Shown piece after piece: positions 1-9,123 of a stretch of DNA of 64,000 nucleotides. The first letter of the stretch is position 1. Each line of letters opens with the position of its first letter. Below the pieces are notes generated by a model. It made no database searches. It saw nothing but the letters and a program-made list of their open reading frames with translations, and was not told the origin of the DNA. Source of the stretch: Lachnospiraceae bacterium (GTDB lineage Bacteria > Bacillota > Clostridia > Lachnospirales > Lachnospiraceae); contig SVFK01000008.1 in the NCBI GenBank assembly GCA_015056915.1, forward strand, positions 42,624 through 106,623, read 5' to 3'. The translations under genes were made by a program, and so were the position numbers.

Positions 1-1643
1 ACAAATCTGTTGATGTTCATACCTGCCGATTCAAAGAAGCCAGGCTTGCCGGGAAGCTCTGCTCCCTGCTGATATATGTAGATTCGGTCGATGGCAAGAT
101 TGTTTTCAATCAGCTTATCAACCGTATTGGCCAAATGTCTGTTGGCACTATTGGCACTGGTACAAAGCTCTGCCACACGATAAGGAATTTCATCCGGCTC
201 CTCTGCCAGTGAAATCAACTGCTCTGCTGCAATACTCATGGATGACAGAATTGCAATGGCGCCCTTCGTATCTCCCACGTACACGCGCACAGTTTCCTGC
301 AAATCGTACAACTGCTGTGCATATCCATAAAGTCGTTCTTCAATGTCCGGAATGTATCTGCTTAATTTCAAGTCACGATACTTATCCACATTAGTACCTG
401 CCACCTTGGTGATTTCAAGAGACAGATCATTAAGGTGAGACATAATCTCATCAAGGCTTTCCAGAATATGGCGAATATTATCTGCACTTATAGTAAAGGA
501 AATGGTATGAGTTCCCTTCTCCAAATATACGCTCAGATAATTCTCCGCATCATCCTGCAGAGTCACAGTTTTATATTTGTTGGTAAATTCCATAGGATAA
601 GAAACAAATTCACTGTTGGGAATCTCACCGTCTACTTCTATATTAAGGAATACCGGGAAGTCGGTCTTGTCAGACTGACGATAATTCATTGCAATATTGT
701 AATAACCGGATTCCGGTGCTTCGAATTCATAAGTAACCTTCTGTCCTGCCAGGGTAAAGGAATCAGAATCAATAGTGTTAAGTACTGTATCTGTCACCTC
801 ATAAGGATCCAGACTGGTATCATACTCTGCAATGGCATGAATTGCCGAATCATTTCGATAGGTAAAATCCTCACCCTGAATCTCAATTAACTGGTTGCCC
901 TCTGCCACCTGACTGCCGGCATACTCCTCTATTACTGTAGGTGCTGACAGGATAAATGCGCCCAGAAGGAAATTACCCTCCAGAATATTCACTTCGATTT
1001 CATGTGTACCTGCGGTCAGCTCCAGATTCAGAGGGAAGCTGTGTCTGTAACTGCCATCACTTAAATATTTTCTTTCCCACTGGATCAGCTTATCCGGTAC
1101 TGTAACAATTTCGTTATTGTATCTGTCATAGGATTTCTCTCCCTGCTGAACCCAAGTAGTTTCAAATTCCAGATTGCGACACTCATAAAAAGGATATTCT
1201 CCGTCCACCATCAGGGACATACCAATGGGAAGCACCGAATCATCATAAGAAAGATAATCCAATCCCAGATAGTATTGTGCCGCCTCAGGAACATCAATCG
1301 TAAATTTCACTGTGTCTCCCAGTTGTAAATCTACCACAGTATCCGCAAAGGAATACTCTTTTGTGTCCCCGGTGGTTTCTGCAGTCCCCATATCGGCAAC
1401 ACTGGCTGCCGCACTGATTACTACATCCTCCTTTGCATAGAGTCCGGCAGTATAGCCTGCACTGACTTTTGTGTAATTGTGCGAAAGCATCTCATTGATA
1501 TATTGCTCATCCACTGAATATGTGGATACCGTGCTCTCTGCAGTTTCTGTTTCTGCCAGTGCTTCCCCTACCGGCACCATGGAACCAAACATACAAACGG
1601 CCATGGTAAGTGCTACAAATTTTACAACGCTTCTTCGCTTCAT
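1..1643 (-). CDS. Large extracellular solute-binding protein of a carbohydrate ABC transporter, N-terminal part; runs off the window edge
   Basis: Not in the ORF track because its stop lies outside the window. Hand translation from ATG at 1643 gives MKRRSVVKFVALTMAVCMFGSMVPVGEALA (signal peptide), two repeated beta-sandwich-like blocks (VPEAAQYYLGLDY...VDGEYPFYE...LTAGTHEI and APESGYYNIAMNY...VDGEIPNSE...LEKGTHTI), then a helical region ending LAIDRIYIYQQGAELPGKPGFFES. The frame stays open to base 1. Confidence 0.75.
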   Translation of the reverse strand, partial: MKRRSVVKFVALTMAVCMFGSMVPVGEALAETETAESTVSTYSVDEQYINEMLSHNYTKVSAGYTAGLYAKEDVVISAAASVADMGTAETTGDTKEYSFADTVVDLQLGDTVKFTIDVPEAAQYYLGLDYLSYDDSVLPIGMSLMVDGEYPFYECRNLEFETTWVQQGEKSYDRYNNEIVTVPDKLIQWERKYLSDGSYRHSFPLNLELTAGTHEIEVNILEGNFLLGAFILSAPTVIEEYAGSQVAEGNQLIEIQGEDFTYRNDSAIHAIAEYDTSLDPYEVTDTVLNTIDSDSFTLAGQKVTYEFEAPESGYYNIAMNYRQSDKTDFPVFLNIEVDGEIPNSEFVSYPMEFTNKYKTVTLQDDAENYLSVYLEKGTHTISFTISADNIRHILESLDEIMSHLNDLSLEITKVAGTNVDKYRDLKLSRYIPDIEERLYGYAQQLYDLQETVRVYVGDTKGAIAILSSMSIAAEQLISLAEEPDEIPYRVAELCTSANSANRHLANTVDKLIENNLAIDRIYIYQQGAELPGKPGFFESAGMNINRF

Positions 1644-1935
1644 AATAATAACCTGCACTTTCTTTTTAGCTATCCTCATTCGAGTCATAACAAAGCCATA
1701 TTACTTTAATTCTTCCATCTCAAACCCTAAATCATTTTAACTTTGAGTTAACTAGTTTAGTGTTTTGTATATAATTAAAGGTACTATGTTTTCGTCATAA
1801 AGTCAATACTATAAGTATATTGTTTTGTAGCAATTTATATATAGAACACTTGTCAAAATGCTTTATTTCGGTATAATTATAAATATACACAAAAATCGTT
1901 CATTTTTTTATGCAACATTACTCAAGGAGGCAAAT

Positions 1936-4671
1936 ATGTTTCAAAGAAAACTAAAACTTTTACTTTGCTTAGTACTTACGATTTGCTGCTGCTTAACTAC
2001 AGCCTGCGGTCGCACAGGCACTTCCTCCGAAGATGCCCTAAATGGAGATATAACAGCCGATTCTGCCACACAGCAGACCGGCGAGACAGATGCCGCTTCC
2101 GGTAAGCTTACCGCAAGCTATACTATCTCTACCGACACCTCGGTGTTGGATGAGTCCTATGCCATCAGCGATACTCTCTACGGTCTGTTTTTAGAGGATA
2201 TTAACCATGCCATAGACGGTGGTCTATATGCCGAGCTTGTCAAAAATCGTTCCTTTGAATACGGTACCGCCGCCGGCAACCAGCATAAGCATGGCTGGAC
2301 AACCACTGATGCCTCCGGAGAGCTTCTTACCTTTGAGATTATTGACAGCTCCTCAGATGCCAGTTTTCTGCATGAGCAAAATACCAGCTACTGTCGCATG
2401 ACCAATATGTCAACTGTAGCCGAGGAATATCTGGGCATCTATAACAAGGGGTATCTGGAGGGCATGTCCATAACCCCGGGAGACGAATATGACTTTTCTA
2501 TTTATATGAAAAGTGACAGCTATTTCCAACCGGTACGCGTTACCCTGACAGATTCCGATGACACTATTTACGCACAGAGCCACATCACGCTGACCGATAC
2601 TCAATGGAACAAATATGCCATTTCCCTGATACCTTCTACAGATAAAGGTACAGAAAGCAGGGAAATGTACCTTGCAGTAGAAATCCTAAAGGGCTCACTG
2701 GATATTGACATGGTAAGTCTGATGCCTACCGACACCTACGAAGGCACTAACATCCGAAAGGATATCGGAGAAGCTCTTGAAGCGCTCAATCCCACCTTCC
2801 TGCGTTTCCCCGGTGGTTGTGTCATCGAAGGTCGCGATGAAGAATCTATGTACAGCTGGAAGGATTCCATCGGAAATGGTCAGGCACTGACCATTGGCGG
2901 CGTAACTACTGTAGGAGATGTGGCAGTTCGTCCCCAAGGACGTTCCATCTGGAATGGTTCTCAGGCACACCCCTTCTACACTACATATGGAATCGGCTTC
3001 TATGAATTTTTTGAGCTTTGTGATATTTTAGACTGTATGCCTGTACCGATTTTAAATGCAGGCATGACCTGTCCGGTACAAAGCTCCAAATATACCGTTT
3101 ACCCCATTAACAGCGACGAATTTAAGCAGTGCGTACAGGATGCCCTTGATTTGGTTGAATTCTGCCGGGGCGGGGCAGACACCACCTGGGGAAGTGTCCG
3201 TATTGCCATGGGACATGAGGAGCCCTTTGCATTAAAATATATCGGTATCGGCAACGAGCAGTGGCAAAGCGAGTATTTCCAGCATTACAGAGCCTTTGTG
3301 GAAGCATTTAATGCCGCTGCCAAGTCCAATCCCGAGATGTACGAGGGAATTGAATTAATCGTAGCAAACGGACCGGTCTCTTCAGACCGCTTCGGTTGGA
3401 ATTATGTGGAGGATTGTAACGATTATGATGATTACATTACCACTCTGGTAGACGAGCATTATTATGAGTCACCCTCCTTCTTCTTTACCAACACACATCG
3501 CTATGACAGCTATGACCGCGAAAGTCAGGCTTCCGTATTCTTGGGAGAATATGCTGCCCAGTCCAACACATTGGAAGCAGCATTGGCGGAAGCAGCATAT
3601 ATGACCGGTCTGGAGAAAAACGCCGACATCGTAACCATGGCATGCTATGCCCCACTTTTCGGCAACAAAACACAGAACCAGTGGACTCCCGATTTAATCT
3701 GGTACAGTAACGATTCTGTTTACGGTTCTGTAAATTACTATGTACAGCAGCTGTTTGCCAATAATGTGGGTACTACCACTTTGCCCACCACTCTGGAAAT
3801 CAGCGAGTATAATAGCTCCTCCTCTCTTTCCGGAAAAGTCGGCTTGGGTAGCTGGCAGACCAGTGTGGCCTATGACAATTTAACCATTACTGACAACGCA
3901 ACCGGAGAAACCTTGTACTCCTGCACCTTTGACAGCGAAGAAGTACTGGACAATGATGAATATGATTTACACGAAGGGGACTGGGAAATATCAGATGGTC
4001 GTCTGGTACAATACAATCTGTCCGCTCCTGTAGACATCAACACCGGAGATGCCGTATACGTTGGCGATACCAAGTGGAGCAATTATACCTTAACTGTAGA
4101 GGGAGAAATCCTGGAAGGCGCAGAAGGCTTCCTGATTCCGGTTTGTGTAGAAAACAGTAATAATACGATTTTCTGGAATATCGGCGGCTGGGGTAACACA
4201 GTATCCTGCCTGCAGACAGTTACCGGAGGCTCCAAAAGCGGTCAGATTTCCGGCACCATCAAAAACATGACCTTGCAGCACGGCAAGGCCTACACCATCA
4301 AAGTAGTGGTAGAAAATAATACAATCAAGGGATATCTTAACGACATGCTGTATCTGGATTACAGCTACGAGACAGCTTCTGCTCTTTACGAGACAGCATC
4401 TGTAGACCAAAACGGCGATATTATTTTAAAGGTGATTAACACCACCGACACCACCGCTTATGTAAGTACTGTTCTGGAAGACTTCGATTCCTCCGCTTAT
4501 GAAAGCACCGCTCAGGTAACGATTCTTTCCGGCGACTCCCTGTCTGCCGTAAACAGCTATGATGCACCGGAAAACATGGTGCCCACCACCACGCAGGTTA
4601 ATGTCGGAAGCGAATTTACCTACGAAGCACCGGGCTATTCCGTAAACATTATCAGAATCAAAAGAAAATAG
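1936..4671 (+). CDS. GH51 alpha-L-arabinofuranosidase, lipoprotein, with an inserted beta-sandwich domain
   Basis: AAGGAGG before ATG at 1936; lipobox LTTAC. GH51 motifs: LFLEDINHAIDGGLYAELVKNRSFE, FLRFPGGC, GIGNEQW (acid/base), DEHYY, VFLGEYA (nucleophile), MACYAPLF. Confidence 0.9.
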   Translation: MFQRKLKLLLCLVLTICCCLTTACGRTGTSSEDALNGDITADSATQQTGETDAASGKLTASYTISTDTSVLDESYAISDTLYGLFLEDINHAIDGGLYAELVKNRSFEYGTAAGNQHKHGWTTTDASGELLTFEIIDSSSDASFLHEQNTSYCRMTNMSTVAEEYLGIYNKGYLEGMSITPGDEYDFSIYMKSDSYFQPVRVTLTDSDDTIYAQSHITLTDTQWNKYAISLIPSTDKGTESREMYLAVEILKGSLDIDMVSLMPTDTYEGTNIRKDIGEALEALNPTFLRFPGGCVIEGRDEESMYSWKDSIGNGQALTIGGVTTVGDVAVRPQGRSIWNGSQAHPFYTTYGIGFYEFFELCDILDCMPVPILNAGMTCPVQSSKYTVYPINSDEFKQCVQDALDLVEFCRGGADTTWGSVRIAMGHEEPFALKYIGIGNEQWQSEYFQHYRAFVEAFNAAAKSNPEMYEGIELIVANGPVSSDRFGWNYVEDCNDYDDYITTLVDEHYYESPSFFFTNTHRYDSYDRESQASVFLGEYAAQSNTLEAALAEAAYMTGLEKNADIVTMACYAPLFGNKTQNQWTPDLIWYSNDSVYGSVNYYVQQLFANNVGTTTLPTTLEISEYNSSSSLSGKVGLGSWQTSVAYDNLTITDNATGETLYSCTFDSEEVLDNDEYDLHEGDWEISDGRLVQYNLSAPVDINTGDAVYVGDTKWSNYTLTVEGEILEGAEGFLIPVCVENSNNTIFWNIGGWGNTVSCLQTVTGGSKSGQISGTIKNMTLQHGKAYTIKVVVENNTIKGYLNDMLYLDYSYETASALYETASVDQNGDIILKVINTTDTTAYVSTVLEDFDSSAYESTAQVTILSGDSLSAVNSYDAPENMVPTTTQVNVGSEFTYEAPGYSVNIIRIKRK

Positions 4672-4674
4672 GGG

Positions 4675-4814
4675 CAGGAAACAGCGGGTGCCGGGAAGTA
4701 ACAAAACACACTCCTACCGCAGATTGGTCCGCCTCGGGAGTACAGGGATATGTTGTCCGAAGCGGACCAATCGCGGGGAGCGTGTTCAGTTACTTCCCGA
4801 CGCCCGCTGCTCTG
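4675..4814. repeat. 140-bp imperfect palindrome, related to the element at 50856-51416
   Basis: Arms CAGCGGGTGCCGGGAAGTAAC / GTTACTTCCCGACGCCCGCTG and AACACACTCC..GATTGGTCCGCCTCGG / CCGAAGCGGACCAATC..GGAGCGTGTT. Fills the gap between two convergent genes. Confidence 0.9.
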
Positions 4815-5813
4815 TTATACTGCCATAGCAGAGTCTGTGCTTTCGTCTGATGCAGCACAATCCTTTTGCTTGGTACACATCATAATAAGGGTTCCGCCCA
4901 GCAATACAATAGTGGTAAGGATGCCACCCTCCAGACCAAAATCTCCACCGTTAATAAAGGTCATGTTTTCATCAATAGTTGATGTGAAAACAGTGGTTCC
5001 GAAATTGTTGCCGCTGACCAGAATACCATAAATATTGCCCTGCGCAAAATTCCAAATGGAATGAATGGCCGCTATTCCCCAAATATTGCCTCTCTTTATA
5101 AAATACAGACCTGCAAAGATACCGAATAAGATCAGATTCACAAATGCCAGCGGAGCGATTCCGCTATTTGCCAGATGTAATGCTCCGAATGCAACGGAAC
5201 TGATAATAATTGGTAACCATGTATTGCCCTTCTTTCTCGCAAGGGACACCAGGAAATAACCTCTGCAAAGCACTTCCTCAGACATGCCCTGAATCAGGAA
5301 TCCCACAAACAACAGTACCAACAACATAATGGAGCCTGCTGATAACAGGTTTTCGTTAAACCGGAGCTCCATCGCACCAAGTGCCACACCCACAAGCACA
5401 ATGGCAGTCATCATACCCAGACCGACCAACATGCCGATACCGTACTCCTTCCACATACCGGGCTTTTTAAAACCGAGGGTACGCATTTTTCTTTTCTGAA
5501 GCAATTTACAGAATAGCAAGGTAATTACAATCATTACCGCAGTCAAAAACAGTTGTACTATCATCATAGGTTCTGAAGTTATTACCGCCATCTCCATTTC
5601 TATAGCCTGCTGCATATCTCCACTCATAACCACAGCCAAGAAATCAGTGGTTGAAAGCAATATCACCAGTTCAGGCACCAAAAAAATCATTGACATAATC
5701 ATCTGAACAACAAAAAACACACCGATAAACATCAATATCTCAATAACTATATTCTTTCCGCCCGTCCGAGCTGCTTCCTTTACCATATCCGGTTGTTTAA
5801 ACTTCAAATCCAT
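4815..5813 (-). CDS. CPBP (CAAX/Abi) family intramembrane metalloprotease
   Basis: Multiple TM helices with EEVLCRG, FGALH and HSIWN motifs. Confidence 0.9.
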   Translation of the reverse strand: MDLKFKQPDMVKEAARTGGKNIVIEILMFIGVFFVVQMIMSMIFLVPELVILLSTTDFLAVVMSGDMQQAIEMEMAVITSEPMMIVQLFLTAVMIVITLLFCKLLQKRKMRTLGFKKPGMWKEYGIGMLVGLGMMTAIVLVGVALGAMELRFNENLLSAGSIMLLVLLFVGFLIQGMSEEVLCRGYFLVSLARKKGNTWLPIIISSVAFGALHLANSGIAPLAFVNLILFGIFAGLYFIKRGNIWGIAAIHSIWNFAQGNIYGILVSGNNFGTTVFTSTIDENMTFINGGDFGLEGGILTTIVLLGGTLIMMCTKQKDCAASDESTDSAMAV

Positions 5814-5911
5814 TTTATAGCCTCCTTAAATTGTCATTTACAGTATATGTTATACGGATACTCTTCTTTTGTCAACGCTTTCTTGCATTATCCAGATAAA
5901 GTGACGGCGCA

Positions 5912-5945
5912 CAAAAAAGGGTATGGCAGAATATGCCATACCCCT
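5912..5945 (-). terminator. Rho-independent terminator after the GH43/small membrane protein pair
   Basis: Minus strand GGGTATGGCA-tattc-TGCCATACCC followed by TTTTTT. Confidence 0.8.
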
Positions 5946-5959
5946 GTTGTAATATTTAT

Positions 5960-6196
5960 CTATTTACGTTTACGAAGTTTGCCCACAATATGTACCACCG
6001 TGGTCAGCACCGTCAGCACGATTGCCAGTGTCAGCAGCTGCTCCCATGTTACTCGCCATACATTAACCAAAATGAGAGAAAACACCGCCAACGTAAAGCA
6101 CCAGTATACAAAGAAGGCCGCTATTTTCAAAAGCATAAACAGGACTTCTTTTAAAATATCTAATTTATTCATTTTATTGTTGTCTGCATTCATCAA
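5960..6196 (-). CDS. Small hypothetical membrane protein (2 TM helices)
   Basis: Abuts the GH43 stop; two hydrophobic stretches and a basic C-terminus; terminator follows. Confidence 0.65.
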   Translation of the reverse strand: MMNADNNKMNKLDILKEVLFMLLKIAAFFVYWCFTLAVFSLILVNVWRVTWEQLLTLAIVLTVLTTVVHIVGKLRKRK

Positions 6197-7759
6197 TTAG
6201 TACTTCACTCCCCAGATGCTTTCATTGTTACCTACTGCCGTAAAGGTCATAACATCCACACCTGTCTGATCCTTCATTGCACAGAACACTCCACTGTATT
6301 CGATGTCCTCATAGGTGAGATGCATATAACAGGTTCCCTCTGTCATCGTCCATGTACCATACACAGAACCACTTACTGTGCCGTCTTCATTCAGGGTAAT
6401 CATCACCGGTTGCTCGATTTCGGCATCAATCATGGTTCCCTGATTGATAAAGTAATAATCTCCCACCAACTGGGACATGTCATATCCTGTCTTGGAAATA
6501 GTTTCACCCTTTGTACTGTAGGGTGCCATTACCGGCCAGCCCTCTTCATTGAAAAACATCTGTTTTACCACAGGCTCATGATATTCATTCTGCTTTTCAA
6601 ATCTGGAATGGAAACAACAATAATTCTTACCATCCGTATCTGTGAAGGTGGACTGTCCTCCGGTTGCCATATACGCATATTTTAAACTGGGCAGATAATA
6701 GTTACCGGAGAGCTTCAAGCCATAGAAGGCATGATTATAACCCTTTACATGATACTGTCCGTTCATATCCACATACTCACCGTCCGGGGTCTCGCTTCTG
6801 AATACTCGAATCTGATATCCTCCCTGCTGCTGAAGTGCACCATAGGAAACATACAGATAATAATAGCCGGTCTCTGCATTATATTCAATATAAGGTCCCT
6901 CGATGGATTTATGTCCGCCACCCATCAGTCTCTTTCCGAAATAAGGGTCAACATTATTTTCCGGGTCTGCCTCCGGATGAATAATCAGACCTGTATCAGG
7001 ATCCAATTCCAACAGGAAAATACCGCCTGACCAGGAACCATAGGTCATCCACAATCTGCCATCTTCATCATAAAAAGGAGCAGGGTCAATACAGTTAGGC
7101 CAGTCCTCGTTATTGTAGCTACCGCTCAATTCCAGATAATTCTCTGCCGCATACTCCTCGCTTACCACATCATATACATTGGTCTGGTCAATATCATAGC
7201 TGGTAAAACCGGAATAAAGCAACGGTCCCTGATAGGTATAAGGACCCTCCGGTGCATCCGCTGTCAGATAGCACAGGTTGGATTTGATATATGTAGATGA
7301 CACACAGCTATACATTACATATTTCTGCATCTCCTCAATATAAATCACATCAGAAGCCCATACAGAGTAGCTACCGTTGCCGTTGTCACCGGCATAATCA
7401 AATATATCCAAGCTTTCATCAAACAGATTATCATATAAGGGATTTAAATCGTTGTAGGTTTTTCCGATATATGTCCATTTCTGGAAATCATCTGTATAAG
7501 CGCCGGTCATATGAGAGCCATAGATATAATATCTTCCGTCAAACACCTTAATAGACGGGTCATGTACGGACACAATGGCTCCGTTGGACTTCACTTCAAT
7601 TCCATCATAATTGGCCTCCACAATTACCGGCTTCTGTTCTACAGCAGGTGAAGCATTCGCCCCTGCCATGTCACCGTCTCCCTCGGCAGTGCTTCCGCAT
7701 GCTGCCAGAGATATAGTCATTGCCAAACTCAATATTACCCCTAACAACTTTCTTTTCAT
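6197..7759 (-). CDS. GH43 endo-alpha-1,5-L-arabinanase-like lipoprotein with C-terminal beta domain
   Basis: Lipobox LAAC; SVHDPSI, NCIDP, YGSWSGGI, IEGPYI, GYQIRVFRS; C-terminal ITLNEDGTVSGSVYGTW and FTAVGNNESIWGVK typical of Abn2-type enzymes. Confidence 0.88.
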   Translation of the reverse strand: MKRKLLGVILSLAMTISLAACGSTAEGDGDMAGANASPAVEQKPVIVEANYDGIEVKSNGAIVSVHDPSIKVFDGRYYIYGSHMTGAYTDDFQKWTYIGKTYNDLNPLYDNLFDESLDIFDYAGDNGNGSYSVWASDVIYIEEMQKYVMYSCVSSTYIKSNLCYLTADAPEGPYTYQGPLLYSGFTSYDIDQTNVYDVVSEEYAAENYLELSGSYNNEDWPNCIDPAPFYDEDGRLWMTYGSWSGGIFLLELDPDTGLIIHPEADPENNVDPYFGKRLMGGGHKSIEGPYIEYNAETGYYYLYVSYGALQQQGGYQIRVFRSETPDGEYVDMNGQYHVKGYNHAFYGLKLSGNYYLPSLKYAYMATGGQSTFTDTDGKNYCCFHSRFEKQNEYHEPVVKQMFFNEEGWPVMAPYSTKGETISKTGYDMSQLVGDYYFINQGTMIDAEIEQPVMITLNEDGTVSGSVYGTWTMTEGTCYMHLTYEDIEYSGVFCAMKDQTGVDVMTFTAVGNNESIWGVKY

Positions 7760-7836
7760 AAAGCTTCCCTTCTCTTTTTTACTTATTGTTGAATTGCTTT
7801 ACTATATATTAAACATAATATGAAACCACAGAAAAG

Positions 7837-8997
7837 TCAATAGCGGAAATCCTCATAAAGCGGTGACATATCACGCAATCTCTGTACTATCTCCTTCACC
7901 GCTTCCACCACAACATCTATTTCTTCCTTCGTATTTTCCTCGGATAAGGTCAGTCGCAGGGATCCATGTGCTTCTTCATGCTTTAAGCCAATGGCAAGCA
8001 ATACATGAGATGGGTCTAAAGAACCGGAGGTACAGGCAGAACCGCTGGATGCGCAGATACCTTTCATGTCCAACATAATTAGCAGAGATTCTCCTTCAAT
8101 AAAGGAAAAGGAAACATTCACATTATTAGGTAATCGTTTTATCGGATGACCATTCAAACGACAATAAGGAATCTCCTCCAGACGCTTTATCAGATAATCC
8201 CGAAGCTCCGTTTCCTTAGCCGTCTTTTCAGACATCATCCTGACAGCACGCGCTGTGGCTGCTCCAAGCCCTACAATGGCCGGTACATTTTCTGTACCAC
8301 CTCTTCTACTCCTCTCCTGAGCCCCTCCATGAATAAAGGAGCGACTTTTGATTCCGGTTCTAATATATAGGAAACCGATTCCCTTGGGACCGTTCAGCTT
8401 GTGTCCACTGGCACTGAGCATATCAATATGACATTCCTCCACATCGATGGGAAGCTGCCCAAATGCCTGTACCGCATCTGTATGAAACAATACGCCCTTT
8501 TCCTTGGCAATGGCACCAATCTCAGCAATGGGCTCAATCGTACCGATTTCGTTATTGGCATACATAATGCTGATTAATATGGTATCCGGGCGAATTGCTG
8601 CTTTCACAGCTTCAGGAGCTACACACCCAAATTCATCCACCTCCAAATAAGTCACCTCATAGCCCTGCTTCTCCAAATACTCACAGGTATGCAAAACAGC
8701 ATGGTGCTCTATCTTCGTTGTAATAATATGCTTTCCCTTGTAAGCATAGGCTTCTGCCGTTGCCTTTATAGCCCAATTATCCGCCTCAGTACCACCCGCG
8801 GTAAAATAGATTTCTTCTCTTTTAGCTCCGATACTGTCTGCAATAATCTGTCTGACATGATTGATTGCTCCCTTGCTCGCTGAGCCCAGTCCGTAAATAC
8901 TGCTGGCGTTACCGTATTGCTCCGTAAAATATGGCAGCATTGCTTCCACTACCTCCGGTGCCGTTTTAGTGGTTGCCGCATTGTCCAAATATATCAT
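7837..8997 (-). CDS. iscS: Cysteine desulfurase, NifS/IscS type
   Basis: [28 protein letters not shown] (PLP lysine), SSGSACTS (catalytic Cys). Confidence 0.93.
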   Translation of the reverse strand: MIYLDNAATTKTAPEVVEAMLPYFTEQYGNASSIYGLGSASKGAINHVRQIIADSIGAKREEIYFTAGGTEADNWAIKATAEAYAYKGKHIITTKIEHHAVLHTCEYLEKQGYEVTYLEVDEFGCVAPEAVKAAIRPDTILISIMYANNEIGTIEPIAEIGAIAKEKGVLFHTDAVQAFGQLPIDVEECHIDMLSASGHKLNGPKGIGFLYIRTGIKSRSFIHGGAQERSRRGGTENVPAIVGLGAATARAVRMMSEKTAKETELRDYLIKRLEEIPYCRLNGHPIKRLPNNVNVSFSFIEGESLLIMLDMKGICASSGSACTSGSLDPSHVLLAIGLKHEEAHGSLRLTLSEENTKEEIDVVVEAVKEIVQRLRDMSPLYEDFRY

Positions 8998-9123
8998 TAA
9001 AGTCACCGTCCTTTTAATTTATACCATTTCACTAGGAATTACACAGTAAATATAACACTACCGAAATGTTCTGTCAACTGCCCCTGTGGAATATATTGGT
9101 GAAAAGCACATTTTTGGTGAAAC

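Noticed and set aside
209-1740. Short + strand ORFs (209-394, 435-890, 1477-1740)
   Set aside because: Antisense to the long open minus-strand frame starting at 1643.
1650-1935. AT-rich divergent promoter region with short palindromes; possible arabinose-regulator operator
   Set aside because: No convincing match to the AraR consensus ATTTGTACGTACAAAT, and the short palindromes are expected by chance.
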